This document shows, piece after piece, positions 1 through 6,585 of a stretch of 39,179 bases of DNA; positions within the stretch are counted from its first letter, which is position 1; the number at the start of each line of letters is the position of its first letter. The position numbers were made by a program, and so were the translations under genes. The stretch spans positions 1 to 39,179 of IMG/VR virus record IMGVR_UViG_3300005758_000027, one strand, 5' to 3'. The DNA is from a virus. Its lineage: Duplodnaviria > Caudoviricetes. Under the pieces are notes generated by a model that saw nothing but the letters and a program-made list of their open reading frames with translations, was not told the DNA's origin and did no database searches.

Positions 1-245
1 CTACTCTCCTTCATAAAGAGTGAGTAGATGCACCGCCTTTGCTGTCTATCCCAGTTCCACCCTGCCTTAGCGTAGCGCATAGCCATCACCTTGTTGCGGT
101 ACTTCTGTTCAGGGGTAGCCTTGGTCTGCACTTCCTGCTTAGGTAAAGCCTTACCTATATTAACCTTTACTTCCACATTGTGAGACAATGGGAATGTCCA
201 CGCAAAGATGAAGAGCAAGATGAGGAATATCATTCTCTTTTTCAT
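1..245 (-). CDS. Secreted lytic transglycosylase/Rpf-like (SLT-fold) protein, partial (runs off window edge)
   Basis: Hand translation from ATG at 245 (ATGA overlap with whiB stop): MKKRMIFLILLFIFAWTFPLSH...AGWNWDRQQRRCIYSLFMKES. It has a signal/TM N-terminus and a W..Q..C...L..KES motif like the catalytic-Glu helix of actinobacterial SLT proteins. Confidence 0.6.
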   Translation of the reverse strand, partial: MKKRMIFLILLFIFAWTFPLSHNVEVKVNIGKALPKQEVQTKATPEQKYRNKVMAMRYAKAGWNWDRQQRRCIYSLFMKES

Positions 246-595
246 CTGACAAGTCTACCAAGTTTCGCCTTCACATTCCTTGCGTGTCGTTGTTCGTGGC
301 GTATTGAGTTCGCTGTTGGTTTATAGCCCCGCATACGCGCCCGTTCTGAGGTCAGTAGCCCGCCCCAGATAGACCCGTTGCCACCGATAGACCATAAAAG
401 ATTCTCATCTTCTAGCCCTTGCTGTAAGCACTGCATTTTTACAGGGCAGGTCTGACATATCTCAATCGCTTCGACGCTACGCAATACTTCCAACTGTTGT
501 TCGTGTGCATAGTTGCTGTTGTTGTAGTGCCATAGGTCAGGGTCAGGGTGTCCAACACAAGCCCCTTGTGCGTGCCAATCTCTATCGTTATTCAA
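242..595 (-). CDS. whiB: WhiB-family Fe-S transcriptional regulator
   Basis: W...GAC...DPDLW, C-x2-C-PV-x3-C and G(S)IWGG turn motif followed by a basic tail. TTG start with GACAGGAG RBS. Confidence 0.93.
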   Translation of the reverse strand: MNNDRDWHAQGACVGHPDPDLWHYNNSNYAHEQQLEVLRSVEAIEICQTCPVKMQCLQQGLEDENLLWSIGGNGSIWGGLLTSERARMRGYKPTANSIRHEQRHARNVKAKLGRLVR

Positions 596-714
596 CCGAT
601 TACTCCTGTCAGGTATAGAACTGTAATTAGAATTAAGTAGGGAATGATGAGCGTACCCGCACCACCAAAGAATAGAACTAGATATATGAGTGAGGCGTGT
701 TTGAGTAGTTTCAT
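592..714 (-). CDS. Small hydrophobic membrane peptide (40 aa)
   Basis: MKLLKHASLIYLVLFFGGAGTLIIPYLILITVLYLTGVIG. It fills the gap exactly, with 4-nt overlaps at both ends. Not in the ORF track. Confidence 0.65.
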   Translation of the reverse strand: MKLLKHASLIYLVLFFGGAGTLIIPYLILITVLYLTGVIG

Positions 715-935
715 ACCGCCCTTAGATGTGTGACCTTAAGTACACTCTCTGCTTCTGCGTGGTGTATATCTTCTAAGAATGTTTGCGTTCCTAGTTGGTG
801 CTCCCATAGCCACTCGTCCTGCTTTGCGTAGTCCCATAAAGCAAAGGCTTTCGGGGGTTCAACTCCTTCAGGTAACTTAACGTCAATGATTCTTATACCT
901 TCAACCTTGTACGATACTCGATAGACGTTGCTCAT
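711..935 (-). CDS. Hypothetical early protein (74 aa)
   Basis: Likely start MSNVYRVSYK at 935, coupled by TAATG to the upstream stop. Confidence 0.7.
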   Translation of the reverse strand: MSNVYRVSYKVEGIRIIDVKLPEGVEPPKAFALWDYAKQDEWLWEHQLGTQTFLEDIHHAEAESVLKVTHLRAV

Positions 936-1135
936 TAGTACCACCCCTCGCTTTCGTGGTGCTCGTTGCAATTGGTACAGACCCACTCGCCCCACCAAGT
1001 TGTCTCGTTGTGCTTGTACTCCTGCTCCACATCTATCTCTTGCAAGTTACCGCAATCGCACTCGACTTCTTGCACTCCGTAACTTGTATCCATTAGGGCA
1101 ATCGTGTCACCTTGTAACCACATTGGTTCACTCAT
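935..1135 (-). CDS. Small Zn-ribbon-like hypothetical protein
   Basis: CDCG...CTNC cysteine pairs; GGAGG RBS; translational coupling. Confidence 0.7.
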   Translation of the reverse strand: MSEPMWLQGDTIALMDTSYGVQEVECDCGNLQEIDVEQEYKHNETTWWGEWVCTNCNEHHESEGWY

Positions 1136-1269
1136 AGTAAGACCTCCTCTACTACGACTTCATCATAGCCTTTATCTCTCCACACTTGAGCCAACTCTTC
1201 GGCTTGTGCTTGTGTCAGGTAGTAAGAGTTTATCTCGCCACCTCCCACCCATACAGTCCAGTTACTCAT
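1132..1269 (-). CDS. Hypothetical early protein (45 aa)
   Basis: MSNWTVWVGGGEINSYYLTQAQAEELAQVWRDKGYDEVVVEEVLL; overlaps both neighbours. Confidence 0.6.
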   Translation of the reverse strand: MSNWTVWVGGGEINSYYLTQAQAEELAQVWRDKGYDEVVVEEVLL

Positions 1270-1366
1270 CTTCGTCCCCCTCTGTAATAAGACCTAACTC
1301 ACGCAAGGCTTTCATAGCCTCTTCCATTGTGGATACCGCCTTGTCTATTTGCTCCTGTGTACTCAT
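1262..1366 (-). CDS. Hypothetical early peptide (34 aa)
   Basis: MSTQEQIDKAVSTMEEAMKALRELGLITEGDEDE; GGAGG RBS; ATGA overlap with the upstream gene. Confidence 0.55.
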   Translation of the reverse strand: MSTQEQIDKAVSTMEEAMKALRELGLITEGDEDE

Positions 1367-1617
1367 ACTATTGCCTCCTCTGTTAAACAATCTAGGGTAT
1401 ATTCAAGGCTTTCTGCCCCGTACTGTTGGGAATCCTGCCAATCATTAACCCAATCAGGGTTCGGTATGAATCTCCTGTCATCAAGAAAGTTAAGTTCGTA
1501 GCCGTCGTAACTGTCCCAGTGCAAGAGTACCTTGTACTCAACTCCCTCTCTCTCGAAAGTGATTTCCTTATCCCACGCTGTTTCTTCTTTACTTGATTTT
1601 TGTATCTTGATTTCCAT
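1363..1617 (-). CDS. Hypothetical acidic early protein
   Basis: ORF preceded by GACAGGAG RBS and a consensus promoter. Confidence 0.75.
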   Translation of the reverse strand: MEIKIQKSSKEETAWDKEITFEREGVEYKVLLHWDSYDGYELNFLDDRRFIPNPDWVNDWQDSQQYGAESLEYTLDCLTEEAIV

Positions 1618-1678
1618 TTGTTATTCTCCTGTCTCATCTGCTATTGGTTTCGTACTAAGTATTCCTAGTACGCATAGA

Positions 1679-1707
1679 ACTATAATTGGTAGTGATACTA
1701 GTGTCAA
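1679..1707 (-). promoter_or_regulatory. Sigma-A-type promoter
   Basis: TTGACA (1707-1702), 17 nt spacer, TATAGT (1684-1679). Confidence 0.8.
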
Positions 1708-1765
1708 GACTATCAAGGTCTGCACCCGCAATCTTTAATTGGTACAAGGTGGTCGCCGCATAGAA

Positions 1766-1918
1766 TCACAGTCCACCCCCTAAGCATTCCGCCATTGTGC
1801 CGACACATATCCCGTCTTCTGTCCACCAAAAGCCCGTGACTATCCACCATATGAGGGCGCAGATACCCGCAAGAATCAAGAGTGCTCGCACTCGCTTGCC
1901 CCGCTTGTTGAGTTTCAT
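1766..1918 (-). CDS. Small single-TM membrane protein (50 aa)
   Basis: MKLNKRGKRVRALLILAGICALIWWIVTGFWWTEDGICVGTMAECLGGGL; basic N-terminus then a TM helix; ATGA overlap. Confidence 0.65.
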   Translation of the reverse strand: MKLNKRGKRVRALLILAGICALIWWIVTGFWWTEDGICVGTMAECLGGGL

Positions 1919-2142
1919 AGTTCTATGTCCTCGTCTTCTAGGTGCAGGGTTACAATCGCGCTGTGTGCAAAGTTGAGTGGTGATATACCTAACTCTTGTT
2001 GCATAGCCTCGTCCGCCTCCGTCTCTGCCTTCTCTCGTGCCTCGTCTGATAGGTTGCCCTCTGTGTCGTCTAGTTCGATTGAGATACGGGTTGTGAGTAC
2101 CCAGTAAAGCCCAACGAATTGCACCGTGTAGTTGTATGTCAT
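1915..2142 (-). CDS. Hypothetical early protein (75 aa)
   Basis: Likely start MTYNYTVQF at 2142 (ATGA overlap with the upstream stop). Confidence 0.7.
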   Translation of the reverse strand: MTYNYTVQFVGLYWVLTTRISIELDDTEGNLSDEAREKAETEADEAMQQELGISPLNFAHSAIVTLHLEDEDIEL

Positions 2143-2441
2143 ACCGCTATCTCCAAACTCTCGGCGATTGCTCGGCGTACATAGTTTTGGTGTTTGCTTG
2201 TGGTAACGCTGAACTTCTGCTCGACTACATACCACCCCTCCGATGTATGCCACGCGATAGGGGTATGATATGAGTAGACGATATAGTCCATATTGTTTTG
2301 GTCTTCGTAATACTTCTCGCAATCTTTGCCTGTTAGGTATCCTTCGCTCATTCGATAAGGGCTACCCGATAGGGCTGACGCCTTGAACTCTTGCCCCGTT
2401 GCGATATAGTGAATCGCGTCTCGTTGGTTCATCTGTTTCAT
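2139..2441 (-). CDS. Conserved phage early hypothetical protein
   Basis: YIVYSYHTPIAW...FSVTTSKHQ motif, recognisable from phage early-region proteins. Confidence 0.75.
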   Translation of the reverse strand: MKQMNQRDAIHYIATGQEFKASALSGSPYRMSEGYLTGKDCEKYYEDQNNMDYIVYSYHTPIAWHTSEGWYVVEQKFSVTTSKHQNYVRRAIAESLEIAV

Positions 2442-2629
2442 TATGCTTCCACCTTATCTTTTAGAATTGAGTCTCGTGCTTCTTTCATAAGTTCGCGCAA
2501 TAGTTCCTCGCGTCCGTAAAGTTTGGCGATTCTGTAACGTCCCGCTTCCGTGTTGCGTTCATTCTGTGCTATTTTGAGTAGCACGTTTGTTGCCTCTAAG
2601 TGCTCGGCTAATCTTGCTAGTTCTAACAT
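2441..2629 (-). CDS. Hypothetical early protein
   Basis: TAATG-coupled ORF in the operon. Confidence 0.7.
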   Translation of the reverse strand: MLELARLAEHLEATNVLLKIAQNERNTEAGRYRIAKLYGREELLRELMKEARDSILKDKVEA

Positions 2630-3069
2630 TATGCAACCTCCTTCTTTGCTTTCTTGTCTAGTCGTTTCTGATATTCTGCAATTGCAAGGGTCTCGATAAT
2701 CTCGCGTTCTTGTGAGGCGTTGCCTCGTGCCTTGCGAATCTCTTGCACCTCGTCCTCTACTTTAAGGTAAGCCTTGTGATAAAGTTCCTCTTCTGCCTTG
2801 CGAAAGTTGTCCCATAGTTGGGAGGCGCGTTCGCGTAGTTCTTTAATCTGTCGTTCTATCTCTTCCTTTTCCCGATAGTAATTCCCTTTGAGGGTCTCGA
2901 ACTCTTCGTGCATTTCTTTCACCGCGCCACGTTGTAGCGCGTCCGTCGCGTTGTTGGTTTCTACGTTTCGGCGATAGTAACCCGCCTCTTGTAGCCTGGT
3001 TTCTAGCAACTTATAAAACGCCTTAGACTGTGAGGGTGTAAGGGTCTTGCGGTATTCTTGTGCATTCAT
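2629..3069 (-). CDS. Coiled-coil hypothetical early protein
   Basis: Charged helical sequence; GACAGGAG RBS. Confidence 0.8.
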   Translation of the reverse strand: MNAQEYRKTLTPSQSKAFYKLLETRLQEAGYYRRNVETNNATDALQRGAVKEMHEEFETLKGNYYREKEEIERQIKELRERASQLWDNFRKAEEELYHKAYLKVEDEVQEIRKARGNASQEREIIETLAIAEYQKRLDKKAKKEVA

Positions 3070-3141
3070 TTCTAGTTTCTCCTGTCTAGTTGGTTGGTTT
3101 AATTATTGTGTAAGGTGCTAACGCTTTTCAATAGTTTTCTG

Positions 3142-3157
3142 TGTGAGATACCTCACA
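3142..3157. promoter_or_regulatory. CRP/GlxR-type box upstream of a TTGAAA -35-like hexamer
   Basis: TGTGA-GATACC-TCACA is a perfect TGTGA-N6-TCACA; minus-strand TTGAAA at 3131-3126. Confidence 0.6.
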
Positions 3158-3248
3158 CCTCGCAATCGTGCCCGCCGTACCATTCTCCCGCGTCGTCCTC
3201 GTCTAGTAGGTCAAAGACTCTCGCGCATTCTGTGCACTTGGCTTTCAT
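3153..3248 (-). CDS. Small Zn-binding peptide (31 aa)
   Basis: MKAKCTECARVFDLLDEDDAGEWYGGHDCEV (CxxC...HxC); TAATG-coupled. Confidence 0.6.
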   Translation of the reverse strand: MKAKCTECARVFDLLDEDDAGEWYGGHDCEV

Positions 3249-3532
3249 TATTCGCCCGCCATTTCTTGATAGTGGCGTGCAATCTTGTAGAAAGTATCCG
3301 CCCCGTAGCCGATAAGCATTTGAGCGATTAAGTCCGCGCCTGTGTTCATCTTGTTAGCACGGGCAAGGTCTACGATTTGAGACACTAGCCCCTCGAAATC
3401 TTCTTGTAGTTGTTCTGCAACATCTGCCACGTGGCGGGTCTTTACTAGGTGCATATGTTGCAGGTAAGCGGTCTGCTCGTTGTCGATTACTAGCGTGTAA
3501 TCTTCTATAAATTGTTCCTGTGCTGTGTTCAT
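3248..3532 (-). CDS. Hypothetical early protein
   Basis: ORF with GACAGGAG RBS. Confidence 0.78.
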   Translation of the reverse strand: MNTAQEQFIEDYTLVIDNEQTAYLQHMHLVKTRHVADVAEQLQEDFEGLVSQIVDLARANKMNTGADLIAQMLIGYGADTFYKIARHYQEMAGE

Positions 3533-3573
3533 TTCTTGCCCTCCTGTCGTACTTGGTAGCGATTTGCTACCCG

Positions 3574-3622
3574 TGCCCCGCTAGAGTCTCGCACTCTGCG
3601 CCCTCTGTCAAGGGTGCGGGGC
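3574..3622 (-). ncRNA. Putative mini tRNA-like structured RNA element
   Basis: GCCCCGC/GCGGGGC 7-bp stem plus unpaired A, CCCT-TGACAG-AGGG arm, and AGAG-TGCGAGA-CTCT T-arm-like hairpin. Confidence 0.45.
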
Positions 3623-3638
3623 TGTGATTTACATCACT
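3623..3638. promoter_or_regulatory. CRP/GlxR-type box
   Basis: TGTGA-TTTACA-TCACT; minus-strand TTGACA at 3611-3606. Confidence 0.55.
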
Positions 3639-3840
3639 TGTTTAGTTGTGTCTCACACCAATTCTTTATGATTTCCAAATGTTGGCGGGTTAGCCCTAGG
3701 ATAGTTTCATCTTCTACCTCTCCGTCTACCCAATTTTTAGTTTCTACTTTTACCTCTAGCCCTGTCTCGTTATTGTCAAAAACTAGGTTGAAAATAGAAT
3801 CGATTTCTATCGAAACTTTATTTTTGCTTTTTGTAATCAT
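3634..3840 (-). CDS. First early-arm hypothetical protein
   Basis: GGAGG RBS, directly downstream of the promoter at 3889-3917. Confidence 0.75.
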   Translation of the reverse strand: MITKSKNKVSIEIDSIFNLVFDNNETGLEVKVETKNWVDGEVEDETILGLTRQHLEIIKNWCETQLNK

Positions 3841-3888
3841 TTTCTTTCCTCCGTCTAGTTGGTTGGTTGGTTATTAAGTTATAGGTAA

Positions 3889-3917
3889 ACCTTAGGGGAT
3901 ACATCACACGCTGTCAA
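3889..3917 (-). promoter_or_regulatory. Sigma-A-type early promoter
   Basis: TTGACA (3917-3912), 17 nt spacer, TAAGGT (3894-3889). Confidence 0.75.
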
Positions 3918-3927
3918 GTCTATTTCG

Positions 3928-3943
3928 TGTGATTTACATCACA
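3928..3943. promoter_or_regulatory. CRP/GlxR-type box
   Basis: TGTGA-TTTACA-TCACA, perfect consensus. Confidence 0.65.
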
Positions 3944-4023
3944 TCAACCGACAAGGGAGAAATGTAGATTTATCGACAATTGGAAAGTGATTGAAATTTC
4001 AACTACCTTCCCCGCTATGAGAC

Positions 4024-4051
4024 TTATCCACAGGGGGCAAAGTTATCCACA
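4024..4051 (+). promoter_or_regulatory. Two tandem perfect DnaA boxes
   Basis: TTATCCACA at 4024-4032 and 4043-4051. Confidence 0.7.
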
Positions 4052-4249
4052 GGAGAGGGAGGGGGGATAGTTCCATTCTGCAAAAAAACTGCAAATCTAT
4101 TTTGATAATCCGATTTTTAATTATTATGTAAAGTTAATAGAGACCCCTCAGGGTCTCATATATTAAGACAAGATAGAGAGACAAGTCAGTGTCGATATGT
4201 CGATAATCATAGATAGTCAGAATGTTTTGACCCTAGGTGTGTTAATATT

Positions 4250-4551
4250 GGGTAAGATGTATGTATATGTCTTACCCTAAATTTTTCTGTTATATACGCC
4301 CTGACCAGGGCTTTTATATTAGGTAGCCCCCTATATATAAATATTTATAAAAAATAACCCAAACCGATGTTCGGTTTTGGGTAAAACTACAGGTTATCTA
4401 TATATGTAATATATACATATATAGAGCGAGCATCGCTCTTCGGCTCGCTCGCTTATATATATATAATATATATAATTATAATATATCAATTGCCAGAGTT
4501 ATGCCGTTTTACGGCTGGCGTTATTATCGTTATTTATGCCCCAGAGGGGCA
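4250..4551. repeat. Array of inverted repeats and (TA)-rich tracts
   Basis: Hairpins at 4250-4277, 4298-4311, 4357-4382, 4397-4425 (12-bp perfect), 4424-4450, 4492-4519 and 4537-4551. Confidence 0.75.
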
Positions 4552-4554
4552 CAG

Positions 4555-4642
4555 GGAAGAACAAGTCCGACTGGCGACGGCAACTGTCTTGAAAACAGTC
4601 GAGGTGTAAAAGCCCTTGGGAGTTCGACTCTCTCTTCTTCCG
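4555..4642 (+). tRNA. tRNA-Ser (anticodon UGA)
   Basis: GGAAGAA/TTCTTCC acceptor stem, G discriminator, ACTGT-CTTGAAA-ACAGT anticodon arm, long variable arm, GTTCGACTC T-loop; no encoded CCA. Confidence 0.92.
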
Positions 4643-4697
4643 CATAGCCCAAGAACAATCCCTGACCTACGGTCAAATTGCTTGGGTGCTAATTTAG

Positions 4698-6578
4698 ATG
4701 GGACACTTAATGGGACGTAAGCCAGGCAAGGTAGACATCTCCAAGAAGGAAGCCCAGGAACGGGTACTCCTTAAACTAGCCGAGGGTATGACCATTACGG
4801 CTGCTATGGCTACCGTCAACCGTAACGACACAACCTTCCGTCAATGGGTGATGCAGTCCCCTGACTTCAAGGAACGTTCTGAGAAAGCACGCTTAGAGGG
4901 CAAAGGGGTCAAGGCTGACCTTAAGGACTTAAAGGACATCGCCTTCCCTGACTTCTGTGAGCAGTTCCTAGATACCAAACTCTTCCCCCATCACCTCAAC
5001 TGGTACGATATGATTGAAGGTCGACCACCAAGGTGGCTCCATCCTGCTATGACCTACGAGCCAGCAGCGATGAACAGAATCCTGATTAACGTTCCACCTG
5101 AGCACGCTAAGTCTACGGTCATTACAACCAACTACGTGGTCTACCGAATTGTAACCAACCCTAACACTAGAGTCATTATCGTCTCTAAGACTCAGGGTAT
5201 GGCTCGTAAGTTTCTGGGAGCCATCAAGACTAGACTCTCACACCCAGCCTACACAAAACTGCAAGTTGCCTTTGGTCCCAATGGTGGATACAAAGCAGAT
5301 GCCACCCAGTGGCAGGCAGATATGATTTACCTAGGTACTGGTCGAGACTCAGGCGAAAAGGACCCAACGGTTCAAGCCCTAGGTATTGGTTCCCAGATTT
5401 ATGGTGCCCGTGCTGACTTGATTATCGTCGACGACGCAGTTATGGGTTCTAATGCCCACGAGTGGGAAAAACAGATGGACTGGCTTCAGAAGGAAGTTAT
5501 CACCCGTCTTGGTCGTCACGGTAAGTTGATTATCGTCGGAACCAGAGTGGCACCGATTGACTTATACAAGATGCTGCGCGACCCAGGGCAGTGGTCAGGC
5601 GGTAAATCCCCCTTCACCTACTGCGCTATGCCAGCCGTTCTTGAGTTTGATGAGAAGCCTGCCAACTGGAAAACATTGTGGGCTAAATCAGACCAGCAAG
5701 AAAACGAATTGGACGAACCAGATGAGAACGGACTTTATCCCAAGTGGGACGGACCTTCTCTCTTTACGCGTCGCTCTGAAGTCGCTCCGTCAGTATGGGC
5801 TATGGTCTACCAGCAAGAGGACGTCCAAGAAGACAGCATCTTCTCACCACTGTGTGTGCAATCCTCAGTCAACGGAATGCGAAAGCGTGGACCACTAAAG
5901 GCTGGAGTACCAGGACACCCTAAGCACTTAGATTCAACCTACACAGTTATGGGTCTTGACCCTGCTATGTCAGGTGCAACAGGTGCAGTCATCTGTACTT
6001 ACAACAGAGCCGACGGAAAGATTTACGTACTTGATGCAGTCAATATGACTGAACCAACCCCAGCCAAGATTCAGAATCTGATTGAGGATTGGGTCGAGAA
6101 GTACCGACCACAGGAAGTACGAATCGAAATCAACGCTCATCAGAAGGCTTACGCCCTTGATGAGAACTTAAGAAACTTTTTAGCCCAGTATGGGTGCCAG
6201 TTAAACTCACACTTCACTGGTAAGAATAAGTGGGACACATCTTTTGGTGTGGCATCTATGGCAATGCTCTTCGGCAACGCCAGAGACGGACGCTTCCAAG
6301 ATAACAACATCATCGAACTGCCTTCTAACGAAGGCTCCGAGGGTCTTAAGACCTTGGTTCAAGAGTTGATTACCTGGAAGCCAGACACTAAGAACCCTAC
6401 CGACTGCGTTATGGCTTTATGGTTTGCGGTAATTCGTATACGCGAGTTGATGCAACAGTCATCCAGAGTGGGACAGTACCAAACAAACCGATGGGCAACA
6501 CGGGCGCAGATGGCAAACCGAGGCTCACTGAATTTAGATGAAGCCTTTGCAGAGCAATGGGCACAAACTTACGGATAG
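4698..6578 (+). CDS. terL: Terminase large subunit with N-terminal HTH-like extension
   Basis: Walker A-like INVPPEHAKS, Walker B LIIVDD, VGTR motif III, RNase H-like MGLDPA...DCVMA. The start may be ATG 4710. Confidence 0.92.
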   Translation: MGHLMGRKPGKVDISKKEAQERVLLKLAEGMTITAAMATVNRNDTTFRQWVMQSPDFKERSEKARLEGKGVKADLKDLKDIAFPDFCEQFLDTKLFPHHLNWYDMIEGRPPRWLHPAMTYEPAAMNRILINVPPEHAKSTVITTNYVVYRIVTNPNTRVIIVSKTQGMARKFLGAIKTRLSHPAYTKLQVAFGPNGGYKADATQWQADMIYLGTGRDSGEKDPTVQALGIGSQIYGARADLIIVDDAVMGSNAHEWEKQMDWLQKEVITRLGRHGKLIIVGTRVAPIDLYKMLRDPGQWSGGKSPFTYCAMPAVLEFDEKPANWKTLWAKSDQQENELDEPDENGLYPKWDGPSLFTRRSEVAPSVWAMVYQQEDVQEDSIFSPLCVQSSVNGMRKRGPLKAGVPGHPKHLDSTYTVMGLDPAMSGATGAVICTYNRADGKIYVLDAVNMTEPTPAKIQNLIEDWVEKYRPQEVRIEINAHQKAYALDENLRNFLAQYGCQLNSHFTGKNKWDTSFGVASMAMLFGNARDGRFQDNNIIELPSNEGSEGLKTLVQELITWKPDTKNPTDCVMALWFAVIRIRELMQQSSRVGQYQTNRWATRAQMANRGSLNLDEAFAEQWAQTYG

Positions 6579-6585
6579 GAACCCA

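Noticed and set aside
3111-3121. HrcA CIRCE element (TTAGCACCT on the minus strand)
   Set aside because: Only a partial half-site, with no matching second arm.
4107-4134. Complete dif/attP site for Xer-mediated integration
   Set aside because: Only the XerD-like arm (TTATGTAAAGT) matches. The XerC arm is degenerate and offset, so it is kept only as a half-site in the motif cluster.
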